Positions 1 to 9,833 of a stretch of 64,000 nt of DNA are shown here, piece by piece (position 1 is the first letter of the stretch; every line of letters starts with the position of its first letter). Source of the stretch: an uncultured Bacteroidota bacterium (GTDB lineage Bacteria; Bacteroidota; Bacteroidia; Bacteroidales; B18-G4). The notes beneath the pieces are model-generated. The model saw only the letters and a list, made by a program, of their open reading frames with translations. It made no database searches and had not been told where the DNA came from. Location of the stretch: NCBI GenBank assembly GCA_963793485.1, contig CAWCAB010000002.1, positions 332,787 to 396,786 on the forward strand, in the 5' to 3' direction. The position numbers were made by a program, and so were the translations under genes.

Positions 1-747
1 GATACTGAAGCCCGCTCAAAAATGTCGGCCGAAAGCTTGCAACAAATACAAACGGAGGAGATAAATGCTGTCATGGGGCCCTATGTTGGGGTCGCAGCTG
101 TGCTGTTACTGATATGGATCATGATAGCCATATATAAAATGCCCCGTGCATCCGACGGGACAGAACTAAACATGATACCTACCATCAGGAAGCTTCTAAA
201 AAACAGGAATTATGTTTACGGGGTGGTCGCACAATTTTTCTATGTGGGGGCACAGATCGGGGTCTGGTCTTTCACCATCAGGTACGTCATGCAGGAGCTG
301 GAAATGAACGAAGAAAGTGCTTCGAGTTATTACATAGCAGCACTGGTGGCGTTCACACTTTCACGTTTTGTTTTTACCGGCCTGATGAAATATTTCAAGC
401 CGGGGAAACTGCTGGCTTTTGCTGCAATGGCTGCCATGCTTTGCAGTGTGGTCGTCATACTAGGCAGCGGACTAATGGCCGTTATCGCCCTGGTCGCTAT
501 TTCAGCCTTTATGTCGCTGATGTTCCCAACCATCTTCGGACAGGCTGTGCGGGGCCTGGGTGCTGACACCAAGATAGGTGGATCCGGCCTCATCATGGCC
601 ATATTAGGTGGTGCCGTACTCACAGCAATACAGGGGCTTGTATCAGATTCGACAGCAAATATCCACTATTCGTATATTGTTCCTCTTTTCTGTTTCGTGG
701 TCATTTTTGTGTATGGCCTCAGATCGGAAAAACTCAGGACTGCATAA
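1..747 (+). CDS. fucP: L-fucose:H+ symporter-type MFS permease, C-terminal ~249 codons (5' end lies outside the window)
   Basis: The frame of ORF 22..747 stays open back to nt 1. The protein is polytopic and hydrophobic, with a ...GQAVRGLGADTKIGGSGLIMAILGGAVLTAIQGLVSD segment typical of FucP-type symporters. It ends 11 nt upstream of fucI. Confidence 0.75.
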   Translation, partial: DTEARSKMSAESLQQIQTEEINAVMGPYVGVAAVLLLIWIMIAIYKMPRASDGTELNMIPTIRKLLKNRNYVYGVVAQFFYVGAQIGVWSFTIRYVMQELEMNEESASSYYIAALVAFTLSRFVFTGLMKYFKPGKLLAFAAMAAMLCSVVVILGSGLMAVIALVAISAFMSLMFPTIFGQAVRGLGADTKIGGSGLIMAILGGAVLTAIQGLVSDSTANIHYSYIVPLFCFVVIFVYGLRSEKLRTA

Positions 748-758
748 AATAATAAGTT

Positions 759-2507
759 ATGGATTATCCAAAAATTGGCATTCGGCCAAGCATCGACGGG
801 CGTGAGGGCGGAGTGAGGGAATCCCTGGAAAAACAGGTAATGGCCATGGCGCAATCAGCGGCCGGCTTCATCAGCAAGAGCCTGAAATACCCCAACGGGC
901 AAGCTGTGGAATGCATCATTGCCGACAGCTGTATTGGTGGTGTTGCTGAGGCAGCAGCATGTGCTGAAAAATTCCGCAAAGAAAATGTCGGGGTTTCCCT
1001 GACCGTAACACCTTGCTGGTGCTATGGCAGTGAAACGATAGATATGGATCCGCATATCCCAAAAGCGATCTGGGGCTTTAATGGAACAGAAAGACCCGGG
1101 GCAGTATATCTTGCTGCAGCTCTTGCAGGGCATAATCAAAAAGGCCTTCCTGCCTTTGGGATTTATGGCAGGGATGTACAGGATGCTGACGATACTTCCA
1201 TCCCTTCTGATGTGCAAGAAAAGCTACTCAGGTTCGTTAAAGCAGGCATGGCTACGGCCATGATGAAAGGCAAATCTTACCTGTCGATGGGATCAGTATC
1301 GATGGGAATAGCAGGATCAATCGTTAATGAAAACCTTTTCCAGGATTTCCTGGGCATGCGCAATGAGTATATAGATATGACCGAATTCCTCAGGAGGATA
1401 GACCAGGGGATCTTTGATCCGGAGGAATATCAACGGGCATTAAAGTGGGTTAAAGAGTATTGCCAGGAAGGTCCCGATTATAACAACAAACCCAAAACAC
1501 GGGAGCAGAAGGATGCCGAATGGGAAAAGGTAGTAAAGATGGCCATGATCGCCCGCGACCTGATGATTGGCAACCCCAGGCTGAAGGAGATGGGATATGG
1601 CGAAGAAGGCCTGGGGCACAATGCCATCCTGGCCGGGTTTCAGGGTCAACGACAGTGGACCGACTATCAGCCTAATGGCGATTTTCTGGAAGCGATATTA
1701 TGTTCATCTTTCGACTGGAATGGAAAACGGGCACCCTACCTGGTGGCAACCGAGAATGATTCGCTCAACGGGATTGTGATGCTCTTTGGATATTTGCTCA
1801 CCAATACAACACAGATGTTTTCCGACATACGTACATACTGGAGCCGGGAGGCCATTGCAAAAGCAAGCGGCCACAAATTGAGCGGATATGATGGATTGAT
1901 ACATCTTATCAATTCCGGGGCATCGGCGCTGGACTTCACCGGGAGACAAGCCATCGAAGGCAAGCCTGCCTTGAAACCGTATTGGGACATCACCGATCAG
2001 GAAGTATCAGATTGCCTGGAGGCCACTTCCTGGTGCCCGGCGATCAGCGATTATTTCCGGGGCGGAGGCTTCTCTTCCGAATTCCTCACCTGCGGGAAAA
2101 TGCCTGTCACAGTTTCCCGGATAAACCTGGTGAAAGGCATCGGGCCGGTATTGCAAATTGCTGAAGGGCATACCGTGGAGTTAACTGAAGAAGTCAATCG
2201 AAAACTGACACAAAGGACCAACCCCAGCTGGCCAACGACATGGTTTGCACCCAGGCTTAACGGAAAGGGAGCTTTCAAAGACACTTATTCCGTCATGGCC
2301 AATTGGGGAGCCAACCATTGTGCCACAAGCTATGGCCACATTGGGGCAGACCTTATCACCCTGGCGTCGATATTACGCATCCCCGTAAACATGCACAATG
2401 TTGATGAGGATAAAATTTTCCGTCCATCGGCATGGAGTATGCATGGAGGCGATAAGGAGGGGGCTGATTATCGTGCCTGTGCCAATTACGGAGCTTTGTA
2501 CAAATAA
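759..2507 (+). CDS. fucI: L-fucose isomerase
   Basis: 582 aa. The N-terminus [24 protein letters not shown] and the overall length match the FucI family. It is flanked by a fucose permease and a FGGY kinase. Confidence 0.9.
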   Translation: MDYPKIGIRPSIDGREGGVRESLEKQVMAMAQSAAGFISKSLKYPNGQAVECIIADSCIGGVAEAAACAEKFRKENVGVSLTVTPCWCYGSETIDMDPHIPKAIWGFNGTERPGAVYLAAALAGHNQKGLPAFGIYGRDVQDADDTSIPSDVQEKLLRFVKAGMATAMMKGKSYLSMGSVSMGIAGSIVNENLFQDFLGMRNEYIDMTEFLRRIDQGIFDPEEYQRALKWVKEYCQEGPDYNNKPKTREQKDAEWEKVVKMAMIARDLMIGNPRLKEMGYGEEGLGHNAILAGFQGQRQWTDYQPNGDFLEAILCSSFDWNGKRAPYLVATENDSLNGIVMLFGYLLTNTTQMFSDIRTYWSREAIAKASGHKLSGYDGLIHLINSGASALDFTGRQAIEGKPALKPYWDITDQEVSDCLEATSWCPAISDYFRGGGFSSEFLTCGKMPVTVSRINLVKGIGPVLQIAEGHTVELTEEVNRKLTQRTNPSWPTTWFAPRLNGKGAFKDTYSVMANWGANHCATSYGHIGADLITLASILRIPVNMHNVDEDKIFRPSAWSMHGGDKEGADYRACANYGALYK

Positions 2508-2531
2508 ATATATTTTCACGAAGTGGATGCT

Positions 2532-3794
2532 ATGAAAGAGCAGGCAGTGATTGTATTGGATTGCGGAGCCACAAATATCAGGGCGATCGCAGTCAACAGG
2601 CAGGGAAAGATCCTTCGCTCCATGTCATACCCTAACCTCACAAGCCCCGACCCTCATTTTAAAGGGGGCCTTATTTGGGATCATCAATTCATTCTCGACA
2701 AGCTTTCAGAGGCATGCAGGGATGTCTGTTCAGGTCTGAAGAATACAGCAATACAAGGGGTTTGTACTACAAGTTTTGGTGTTGACGGTGCTCCTTTCGA
2801 TAAAGAGGGTAAACAGCTGTACCCTGTGATTTCATGGGCATGTGAAAGAACAAAAGAGATCATTGAAGAGGTACACGAGATCTTCTCTTTGCAAGACCTC
2901 CACAGAATTACGGGCTTGAACCAATTTCATTTCAATACGCTATACAAGCTTTACTGGATCAGTAAATACCGGCAAGACATCTGGGATCAAATGGACCACT
3001 GGCTATTTATGCCGTCTATCATTTCCGGCTATTTATGTGATGAGCTGTTTACTGATATGACCATGGCAGGAACATCCATGCTTTGTGATGGAAACACCCG
3101 GGATTTTTCGGAGGATATTCTTTCCGCTTTTAAGCTTAGCAAGAAACAATTTCCTGCCATGAAGGAAGCAGGGGAAATGGTGGGCAAGGTGACAGAATCC
3201 GCCTCCGGGAAAACCGGCATCCCGACAGGGACTCCTGTGTTCGCTGCCGGTCACGACACCCAGTTTGCCATTTTCGGATCAGGTGCCGGGGTGAATGAAC
3301 CCGTGCTCAGTTCCGGCACATGGGAGATATTGATGGTAAGGACACCGGAGGTTCACCCGGACAATGAGACTTTCCGGGCCGGAATTACAACAGAGTTTGA
3401 TGCCGTTCCCGGTTTATATAATCCCGGTATGCAATGGCTGGCTTCCAAATTTATCGAAGAGATCAAAAAGGAGCATTTTGCGGATGTATTGCAAAGGGCT
3501 GATGTCTACGATATTATGATTGACGAAGCCGAACAGGCTGAAAGCAGCCGTGGCAAGATGTTTCTGAGCCTGCTGAAAGAGCTCAGTGAAAAGACAAAAA
3601 AAAGCCTGCAGCAACTGGAAAAAAACTGTGGATTTAAGGCTACATCTTTAATCGTGGTGGGTGGGGGTTCGAAAAACAAATTCTGGAACCAGCTGCGCGC
3701 AGAAGTCCTGGGAATTGAGGTCAAAACCATCCCGCAGTCGGAAACAACCGTACTCGGCGCAGCCAGAATTATATTCGAAAATTTAAAAGTATAA
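2532..3794 (+). CDS. fucK: FGGY-family carbohydrate kinase, probably L-fuculokinase
   Basis: N-terminal VLDCGATNIRAIAV (actin-fold phosphate-1 motif) and C-terminal VVGGGSKNKFWNQLRAEVLG. It lies directly after fucI. ATG 2532 is preferred over GTG 2523. Confidence 0.7.
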   Translation: MKEQAVIVLDCGATNIRAIAVNRQGKILRSMSYPNLTSPDPHFKGGLIWDHQFILDKLSEACRDVCSGLKNTAIQGVCTTSFGVDGAPFDKEGKQLYPVISWACERTKEIIEEVHEIFSLQDLHRITGLNQFHFNTLYKLYWISKYRQDIWDQMDHWLFMPSIISGYLCDELFTDMTMAGTSMLCDGNTRDFSEDILSAFKLSKKQFPAMKEAGEMVGKVTESASGKTGIPTGTPVFAAGHDTQFAIFGSGAGVNEPVLSSGTWEILMVRTPEVHPDNETFRAGITTEFDAVPGLYNPGMQWLASKFIEEIKKEHFADVLQRADVYDIMIDEAEQAESSRGKMFLSLLKELSEKTKKSLQQLEKNCGFKATSLIVVGGGSKNKFWNQLRAEVLGIEVKTIPQSETTVLGAARIIFENLKV

Positions 3795-3810
3795 ATACAC
3801 AATCGAAAAT

Positions 3811-3833
3811 GGCCCGCAGGCAACCTGTGGGCC
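3811..3833 (-). terminator. Stem-loop terminator after tRNA-Thr, possibly bidirectional for fucK
   Basis: GGCCCGCAGG-caa-CCTGTGGGCC forms a 10-bp stem with one G-U pair. On the minus strand it starts 3 nt after the tRNA 3' end and is followed by ATTTTCGATTGT. It lies 17 nt after the fucK stop. Confidence 0.5.
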
Positions 3834-3835
3834 TG

Positions 3836-3908
3836 AGCCTCTCATCGGACTCGAACCGACGACCTGCTCATTACGAGTGAGCTGCTCTACCAACTGAGCT
3901 AAAGAGGC
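3836..3908 (-). tRNA. tRNA-Thr (anticodon CGT)
   Basis: The reverse complement GCCTCTTTAGCTCAGTTGGTAGAGCAGCTCACTCGTAATGAGCAGGTCGTCGGTTCGAGTCCGATGAGAGGCT folds as a cloverleaf. Acceptor GCCTCTT/GAGAGGC, D stem GCTC/GAGC, anticodon stem GCTCA/TGAGC with loop CTCGTAA, T stem GTCGG/CCGAT with TTCGAGT loop. CCA is not encoded. Confidence 0.93.
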
Positions 3909-3983
3909 TAATAATTTGGGGTTCAAAGTTAAGACTTCTATCATTTTATTCGGTATATTGCATATGAATTTAAACAAAATCAG

Positions 3984-5852
3984 ATGAGATATTCCCGGCC
4001 AGCTCTATTGCTTCTGCCTCTCCTAATGATCGTGTGCAGCTTCAGTCTTCCCCAGATCCGTTTTTCACCTGGAGGAGAACTGCCCGCTACCTATAATGAC
4101 CTCTTTGCCGGATCAGGCACTTGCCAGATGTGCCATAATTCACAGGTAAACCAGGCAGGGGAATCCATATCGATTGTAGCCGACTGGCGGTCGAGCATGA
4201 TGGCCAACGCTGCAAGAGATCCTTTCTGGAGGGCAAAGGTTAGCCATGAAGGCCTGGTCAACCCCGGACATAAAGAAGCCCTCGAAGATGTGTGCACCCG
4301 CTGCCATGCACCTACAGGGAATGTGAATGCTCATCATAATGGACAGCCTCTGTATTCCATTGCAGAGATGCAGGCTGACCCATTGGCCCTGGATGGAGTA
4401 CAATGCTCGGTATGCCACCAGATCCAGGAAGGTGGTTTAGGTAACTTTTCAGGCACATTCGAGATCGGCGACCAGAAGATCATTTATGGCCCCTACATGG
4501 ATCCCTTTACCATGCCCATGATCAATAATATCGGTTACACCCCTGAATATAGTGCACACATAAATGATTCCAGGGTTTGTGGCTCATGCCATACCCTCAT
4601 TACAAATTCAGTTGATAATAATGGGCAGCCCACAGGGAATCAATTTGTGGAGCAATCCATATACCAGGAGTGGAAAAACTCCAGTTATCCGGCCAACAAC
4701 ATACAATGTTCCTCCTGCCATATCCCCAGGATAGATGAAACCATTAAGATCAGCAGCATGCCGCCATGGCTGGAAGGACGTTCGCCTTTCGGAATGCATC
4801 ATTTCCAGGGAGCCAACGTATTGATGAGCACCATTATGAAAGAAAATGGGGAAGAGCTTGGGGTCACCGCATCATCCGAACAGTATGATAAGACCATTGC
4901 ACGCAATGTTGAATCACTGCAGGAAGATGCTGTTGAATTGAGCATAGAGGAGATCGCACGTTCACTCGATACTTTATTTATGGAGGTAGAGATCATAAAC
5001 AAGAGTGGCCATAAACTTCCGGCAGGCTATCCAAGCCGACGCTTTTTTGTTGAAATGACAGTAAAGGATGTGGATGATATTATCATTTTCCACAGCGGCG
5101 CGATGGATGAAAATTTTCAGCTTATCCATGAAGATGCAAGCTATGAAAGCCACTATAATGTCATATCTTCAGAAGAGCAGGTACAGATCTATGAAATGGT
5201 TATGGGCGATATCGATCATACCGTGACCACTGTGCTCGAACGTGCCAACTTCCACCTGAAAGACAACCGAATACCACCACTTGGATTTACAAGCAGCCAT
5301 AATGCATACGACACCATTCAAATTGTTGGCCAGGCAGAAACGGATCCCGACTTCAATAAGCTCTCAGGGGTAGAGGGCAATGGCAGGGATAAACTGCATT
5401 TTCATATCCCTGTGAATGGATATTCCGGCCAGTTGAAGATCGCCGTCAAGCTTCATTATCAGACGGTCTCTTCAAGATGGCTTGAAAATATGTTTAGCTA
5501 TTCATCCGATGAGATCGATGCTTTTCAGGCCTATTATATTGAAGCTGACAAAACACCTGTATTGATGGCAGCCGATTCAAGCATCAGCACCTATACCATG
5601 CAGAAGGAATACATCATGCAATCCGTTTCAATCTTTCCAAACCCTGCCACTTCTGTCCTAAATATCCGTTTTGAATCTGAACCCGGTCCATTGACCATAC
5701 AGATCGTAGATATTCATGGTAGGGAAATGGATTCATTTCAAACTGAAAGCCAGAAAATACAGATAGGCCTGAGTAAATATTCTGACGGGATCTATCATGT
5801 TTTCATCGATGACGGAAAGCGAAAAGTTTCCAGGAAGTTTGTGAAGAAGTGA
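3984..5852 (+). CDS. Secreted multihaem c-type cytochrome (five CxxCH motifs) with C-terminal T9SS sorting domain
   Basis: Signal peptide MRYSRPALLLLPLLMIVCSF. CxxCH motifs are CQMCH, CTRCH, CSVCH, CGSCH and CSSCH. The C-terminus SIFPNPATSVLNIRF...DGIYHVFIDDGKRKVSRKFVKK is typical of a type-A Por sorting domain. Confidence 0.75.
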   Translation: MRYSRPALLLLPLLMIVCSFSLPQIRFSPGGELPATYNDLFAGSGTCQMCHNSQVNQAGESISIVADWRSSMMANAARDPFWRAKVSHEGLVNPGHKEALEDVCTRCHAPTGNVNAHHNGQPLYSIAEMQADPLALDGVQCSVCHQIQEGGLGNFSGTFEIGDQKIIYGPYMDPFTMPMINNIGYTPEYSAHINDSRVCGSCHTLITNSVDNNGQPTGNQFVEQSIYQEWKNSSYPANNIQCSSCHIPRIDETIKISSMPPWLEGRSPFGMHHFQGANVLMSTIMKENGEELGVTASSEQYDKTIARNVESLQEDAVELSIEEIARSLDTLFMEVEIINKSGHKLPAGYPSRRFFVEMTVKDVDDIIIFHSGAMDENFQLIHEDASYESHYNVISSEEQVQIYEMVMGDIDHTVTTVLERANFHLKDNRIPPLGFTSSHNAYDTIQIVGQAETDPDFNKLSGVEGNGRDKLHFHIPVNGYSGQLKIAVKLHYQTVSSRWLENMFSYSSDEIDAFQAYYIEADKTPVLMAADSSISTYTMQKEYIMQSVSIFPNPATSVLNIRFESEPGPLTIQIVDIHGREMDSFQTESQKIQIGLSKYSDGIYHVFIDDGKRKVSRKFVKK

Positions 5853-5914
5853 TTCCGTGCTTAAAAATTTAAGCTTAACTTTGGAATAGCTAGTCACGTT
5901 TAAAAACTTTTATT

Positions 5915-7093
5915 ATGGATAAAAAATATAATTCGGGCAGAAGAAATTTCTTCAAACTTGCAGCATTAGGAGGTTTAGGCGCAAGTATAATGTCACCATT
6001 AATGCTGAAATCATCCATAGCAGGAACAATTAGCGGTGATGATGAAATAACCAAAACTAACATAGATGATGCCTTAAAATATCCCCGCAACGAAAAGTCC
6101 ATACCGGGAAAATATCCGGGAACTGTTGTCAAGGTGAATGATCCGAAAAGTGTTTTGGATGACAAGCCTCAGGAAGAAGAAGCATATTTAATGCTGAAAG
6201 AAGGGATGCTTTTACTTACCGGAGAAAAAAACCTGAGCAAGGCGTGGAAGCAATTCGTCAAAACCGATGAAATAATAGGTTTGAAGGTAAACCCTGTTGC
6301 CGGGAAGCCTTTGTCAACCAGTCATGCTGTAACAAAGTCAATAGTTAAACAACTTCAGGAAGCTGGTGTGCCAAAAGAGAATATTGTCATCTGGGACAGG
6401 CGGCTCATGCAGCTTCATGAAACCGGCTATACAGAAGAGAACTATCCTGGCATTCAGATCAGGGGAACAGAGCAGGAAGACGCTGACGGAGGATTTTATG
6501 ATAAGGATGGTGTGCTTTATGGTGAAAAAATGATTGATAAAGACTGGTACTATTGGGCCGATTGTGAACAGGAATATGATGCTTACACCATTCCTTATAT
6601 GGTTAACAGCGGTAAATATTCATACTTCACTAAAATTTGCACCCAGGAAATTGACAAGATCATCAATGTTCCTATTTTGAAAAATGCCGGACCAACCGTC
6701 ACATTATGTATGAAAAACCTGGCTTATGGTGCCATTACCAATACCGGCCGTTTGCATAAGCCCTTATGGTCGGAAACAAGCGCCGAAGTTTGTGCCTTTC
6801 CTCCCATCAGAGATAAACTTGTACTAAATATAGTCGATGGCCTCAGGGGTTGTTACGAAGGTGGTCCCGGAGCGAATCCCCAGTTTATATATAATTATAA
6901 AACCATGCTGATTGGTACAGACCCGGTAGCTGTCGACCGTGTTGGATATGATATCGTTATTGCAAAACGCATGGAAGAAGGAATACAGGATGAAGAGAGC
7001 CCTGTTGGAGTTAAATTTATGGAACTGGCTGAAAAGCTGGAACTGGGTGTTTCAGATCCGGAAAAGATCCGGCGGATCGAATTGAATATTTGA
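5915..7093 (+). CDS. DUF362-like protein with twin-arginine (Tat) signal
   Basis: The N-terminus has GRRNFFKLAALGGLGA (Tat motif). The body (GLKVNPVAG..., NAGPTVTLCMKNLAYGAI...) resembles DUF362-family proteins. This family call is from memory, not an HMM search. Confidence 0.6.
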   Translation: MDKKYNSGRRNFFKLAALGGLGASIMSPLMLKSSIAGTISGDDEITKTNIDDALKYPRNEKSIPGKYPGTVVKVNDPKSVLDDKPQEEEAYLMLKEGMLLLTGEKNLSKAWKQFVKTDEIIGLKVNPVAGKPLSTSHAVTKSIVKQLQEAGVPKENIVIWDRRLMQLHETGYTEENYPGIQIRGTEQEDADGGFYDKDGVLYGEKMIDKDWYYWADCEQEYDAYTIPYMVNSGKYSYFTKICTQEIDKIINVPILKNAGPTVTLCMKNLAYGAITNTGRLHKPLWSETSAEVCAFPPIRDKLVLNIVDGLRGCYEGGPGANPQFIYNYKTMLIGTDPVAVDRVGYDIVIAKRMEEGIQDEESPVGVKFMELAEKLELGVSDPEKIRRIELNI

Positions 7094-7125
7094 TTTGCAA
7101 ATTCTAAAGACTACACTTTTTTGAT

Positions 7126-7908
7126 ATGAGGTCATTTTCAGGATTATCAATAGTTTTTATAATCAGCATAATCTCATGCAGTTATATTTCCGTGAGCCAG
7201 GAGATCCCGGAAATAACAGCGGATGAATTTCCCGACTTCATTTTAAACCGTAATGAGTGCTTCGATGGTGAATCCCTATGGGGATATATGAATGGCGGAG
7301 CAGATATTTACCTTGAATATGGCTTCGACATCCTGAGAGTTGAAGAGTTTTCCGATGAAGATGAAAGCATTAAGCTGGAGCTTTTTAAGATGGATGATCC
7401 CATTTCTGCATTTGGAATTTATAGCATCAAAACCTTTAAATGCCAGCAAAGCGATGTGACTGCAACCATTGATTGCCTTAACCCTTTTCAGTACCAGCTG
7501 ATATACGGAGAGTATTACATACAGCTAATCAACGAAAGTGGCTCCGAAAAGGCACAACAAGACATGGTAAACCTCGCCAAAATCCTGCTTGAAAAACTTG
7601 AACCTAAAGAGTTGGAACTCCCCTTAAGATATCTTACCGACAGCTTGAATTTTTCACTTTATGATATAAAAATGTTCAAAGGTATTCTGGGGATTCAAAA
7701 TAAAACCATGGGGCTGGCAGATTACTTTTCTGGCATAGAAGCTTACCAGATATACTATGCCAAGACGATAGTGAATGGAGAAAAAGTGAAATACTATGAG
7801 ATCGTTTTTGATGAGCCGGAAATGAAGATTAAATTTCTGGAAAGCAATAAGGATAATGACCTGTACATTATCTATGAAAATGACATCAGCATTCTAATTC
7901 AGCAATAG
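7126..7908 (+). CDS. Hypothetical secreted protein, co-directional with the cytochrome/DUF362 pair
   Basis: 260-aa ORF with an N-terminal signal-like hydrophobic stretch. No motif recognised by eye. It starts 32 nt after the preceding gene. Confidence 0.5.
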   Translation: MRSFSGLSIVFIISIISCSYISVSQEIPEITADEFPDFILNRNECFDGESLWGYMNGGADIYLEYGFDILRVEEFSDEDESIKLELFKMDDPISAFGIYSIKTFKCQQSDVTATIDCLNPFQYQLIYGEYYIQLINESGSEKAQQDMVNLAKILLEKLEPKELELPLRYLTDSLNFSLYDIKMFKGILGIQNKTMGLADYFSGIEAYQIYYAKTIVNGEKVKYYEIVFDEPEMKIKFLESNKDNDLYIIYENDISILIQQ

Positions 7909-7931
7909 GGATAGATCGCGAAAACCGCCTC

Positions 7932-8090
7932 TTAAAGTTCTACACAATATTTTTGAATTGCATATACTTCAGGGCTTTCGTGTCCGAGTTTGGCTAAAAG
8001 CTTACATTTAAAATTACGGCATACATCTTGGTGATGAAATAAAGAATAATAACCAGATTCATGATCCAATAAACGAATTGACTTAGGCAT
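7932..8090 (-). CDS. Possible small ORF (52 aa), MPKSIRLLDHESGYYSLFHHQDVCRNFKCKLLAKLGHESPEVYAIQKYCVEL
   Basis: Hand-translated ATG..TAA ORF below the ORF-track length cutoff. Its 5' half lies in the 82-bp repeat, and the second repeat copy carries a truncated version. No family recognised. Confidence 0.2.
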   Translation of the reverse strand: MPKSIRLLDHESGYYSLFHHQDVCRNFKCKLLAKLGHESPEVYAIQKYCVEL

Positions 8091-8094
8091 TTTT
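8013..8094. repeat. Intergenic ~82-bp repeat, copy 1
   Basis: attacggcatacatcttggtgatgaaataaagaataataaccagattcatgatccaataaacgaattgacttaggcattttt aligns at roughly 80% identity with 10955..11036. The shared core is gaataataaccagattca-gatccaataaacg. Confidence 0.65.
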
Positions 8095-8312
8095 GGCACA
8101 TAGAGATTATATCAATAAACTTTTGCAGCTCATTATAATCGTGCTCAGTTATGTAAATGAATGATTAATTAATAAAGTAATCAAAATGAAAAGAAAAACA
8201 TTTCTATATGAATAAGAGAGCCATCCAAAATATAATTTTGAAAATAAAAAGGTGTTGTTATACCCTAGTTATGTGCCAAATAAGCAAACGCGAAACTAAA
8301 TAGCAAAAGACA

Positions 8313-9110
8313 ATGAAAATAAATTTAATTACTTATTTTTTTCTCATACTGCTGATATCGACCTCTTGCAATAAGAAAGAGACAGCTTCAGAGATTTTGC
8401 AAAAGACGATAAATACAATAGATACAATTGAGACTATTTATTATAAACAAGATATGGCAAGGACAAATCCTCGAAATATAAATGATACAATTTTCCGATA
8501 TCGTGAGATGTATTTCAAAAGACTGATTACTGATTCAATAGTTGGTGTAAAAGGACACTGGTACATGTATGTAAATGATAAAGAAAATGTAACATTTGAA
8601 GATATTTATGACGGTAATCGACTGATTCGTAAAAATAATCGAGATAGTGCTGCAATGATGTATGATTTGGTTAAATATCCTGAGTTTAAGAAAAAGCATT
8701 TTTGGGGACATAATACGCTTTATGGAATGCAATATGAATTTATGTTTATTTTGGATAATACTGATTCATACACATTGGAGAGATTAAATGACACTACCAT
8801 TGGCATCAAGGATTGTTATCAAATTAGAGTTCAATTGGAGAACAAGATGACAATGCCTGGATTCGCAATCGAACTTGAGAAAAACGAAGGTAGTATTTCG
8901 AAAAACTACTATTTCATAGATAAGGAGACAAACTATCCAATTAGAATGGTTGGAGAAAGTTATTCAACAGACAATCCCGAACAAAAGATTTTTATAGACC
9001 AAATGTATTATGACATTAAATTCAACTTGATAATTGACGAAAATGTTCAGTTTAACACATCAAATGAATCAATAAAAGGATTTGAAAATAAAGAGATGAA
9101 ACCAGAATAA
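8313..9110 (+). CDS. Hypothetical lipoprotein
   Basis: Signal peptide ending ...LLISTSC (lipobox-like Cys). AT-rich coding sequence. No catalytic motif recognised. Confidence 0.5.
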   Translation: MKINLITYFFLILLISTSCNKKETASEILQKTINTIDTIETIYYKQDMARTNPRNINDTIFRYREMYFKRLITDSIVGVKGHWYMYVNDKENVTFEDIYDGNRLIRKNNRDSAAMMYDLVKYPEFKKKHFWGHNTLYGMQYEFMFILDNTDSYTLERLNDTTIGIKDCYQIRVQLENKMTMPGFAIELEKNEGSISKNYYFIDKETNYPIRMVGESYSTDNPEQKIFIDQMYYDIKFNLIIDENVQFNTSNESIKGFENKEMKPE

Positions 9111-9263
9111 ATTCGGCATATAACAATGTATAAAAATAATAGCCGAAACAGTAGTAAATTAAAGATTGTAGTCCGCTTCAGCTTTCTTATAATTTGACAG
9201 GAAAGCGCCACGCAGTCGGCTACTTATCTTATACTTAACGTTAGGCCTCCTAAAATTTTGACT

Positions 9264-9785
9264 ATGAAAACAATAATATCCTTATCCTTCTCTATTTTGA
9301 TTCTGCTTTGTAGCTGTAATCAAGCTAGCCATAATGAAAAGGCTGAAGTTTCTATTGAACAAGAAGAAGCAATCAAAAATAAATTGGAAACGATAGCAAA
9401 GGATTTTTTAAAAAGTTGGGAACCACCGTTCAATCCGGAAGGAGCGGTCGCATTATTTACTCAAAGTGAAGATTTTCATCTTGTAATTGATGGTATTAAT
9501 ATCGACACATACAGTAAATGGGCTAATGGTGTTCCTAATTTCATGGCAGATGATAATTATTTCTTCAAATCCTATACCCATGAGATAGAACATATAGAAA
9601 CCGTCGTATTGTCGCCTAAGTCTGGGGTGGTAACTATAGTTTATATCTGGGATAGTATTTCTAAGGAAGGTGTTCACGAACGCACCCCAGGTGCAGCTAC
9701 CCTTACATGCAGAGAAGAAGGAAACGATTGGAAGATTGTGCATTACCATGGATCTCATGGTGATCCAGAGATTGTCAAAGAATAA
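9264..9785 (+). CDS. Lipoprotein with SnoaL-like/NTF2-fold (DUF4440-like) domain
   Basis: Lipobox ILLCSC. The C-terminal ...LTCREEGNDWKIVHYHGS resembles NTF2-like/DUF4440 proteins. ATG 9264 is preferred over TTG 9258. Confidence 0.5.
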   Translation: MKTIISLSFSILILLCSCNQASHNEKAEVSIEQEEAIKNKLETIAKDFLKSWEPPFNPEGAVALFTQSEDFHLVIDGINIDTYSKWANGVPNFMADDNYFFKSYTHEIEHIETVVLSPKSGVVTIVYIWDSISKEGVHERTPGAATLTCREEGNDWKIVHYHGSHGDPEIVKE

Positions 9786-9833
9786 AATGATTACGAGGCC
9801 TAACATGAGTTAGCAGCAATTAAATCTAGTAAT

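Noticed and set aside
9114-9146. Possible third, shorter copy of the 82-bp intergenic repeat (cggcatataacaatgtataaaaataatagcc).
   Set aside because: Similarity is limited to cggcata and aataata words in AT-rich DNA. That is too weak to call without a computed alignment.
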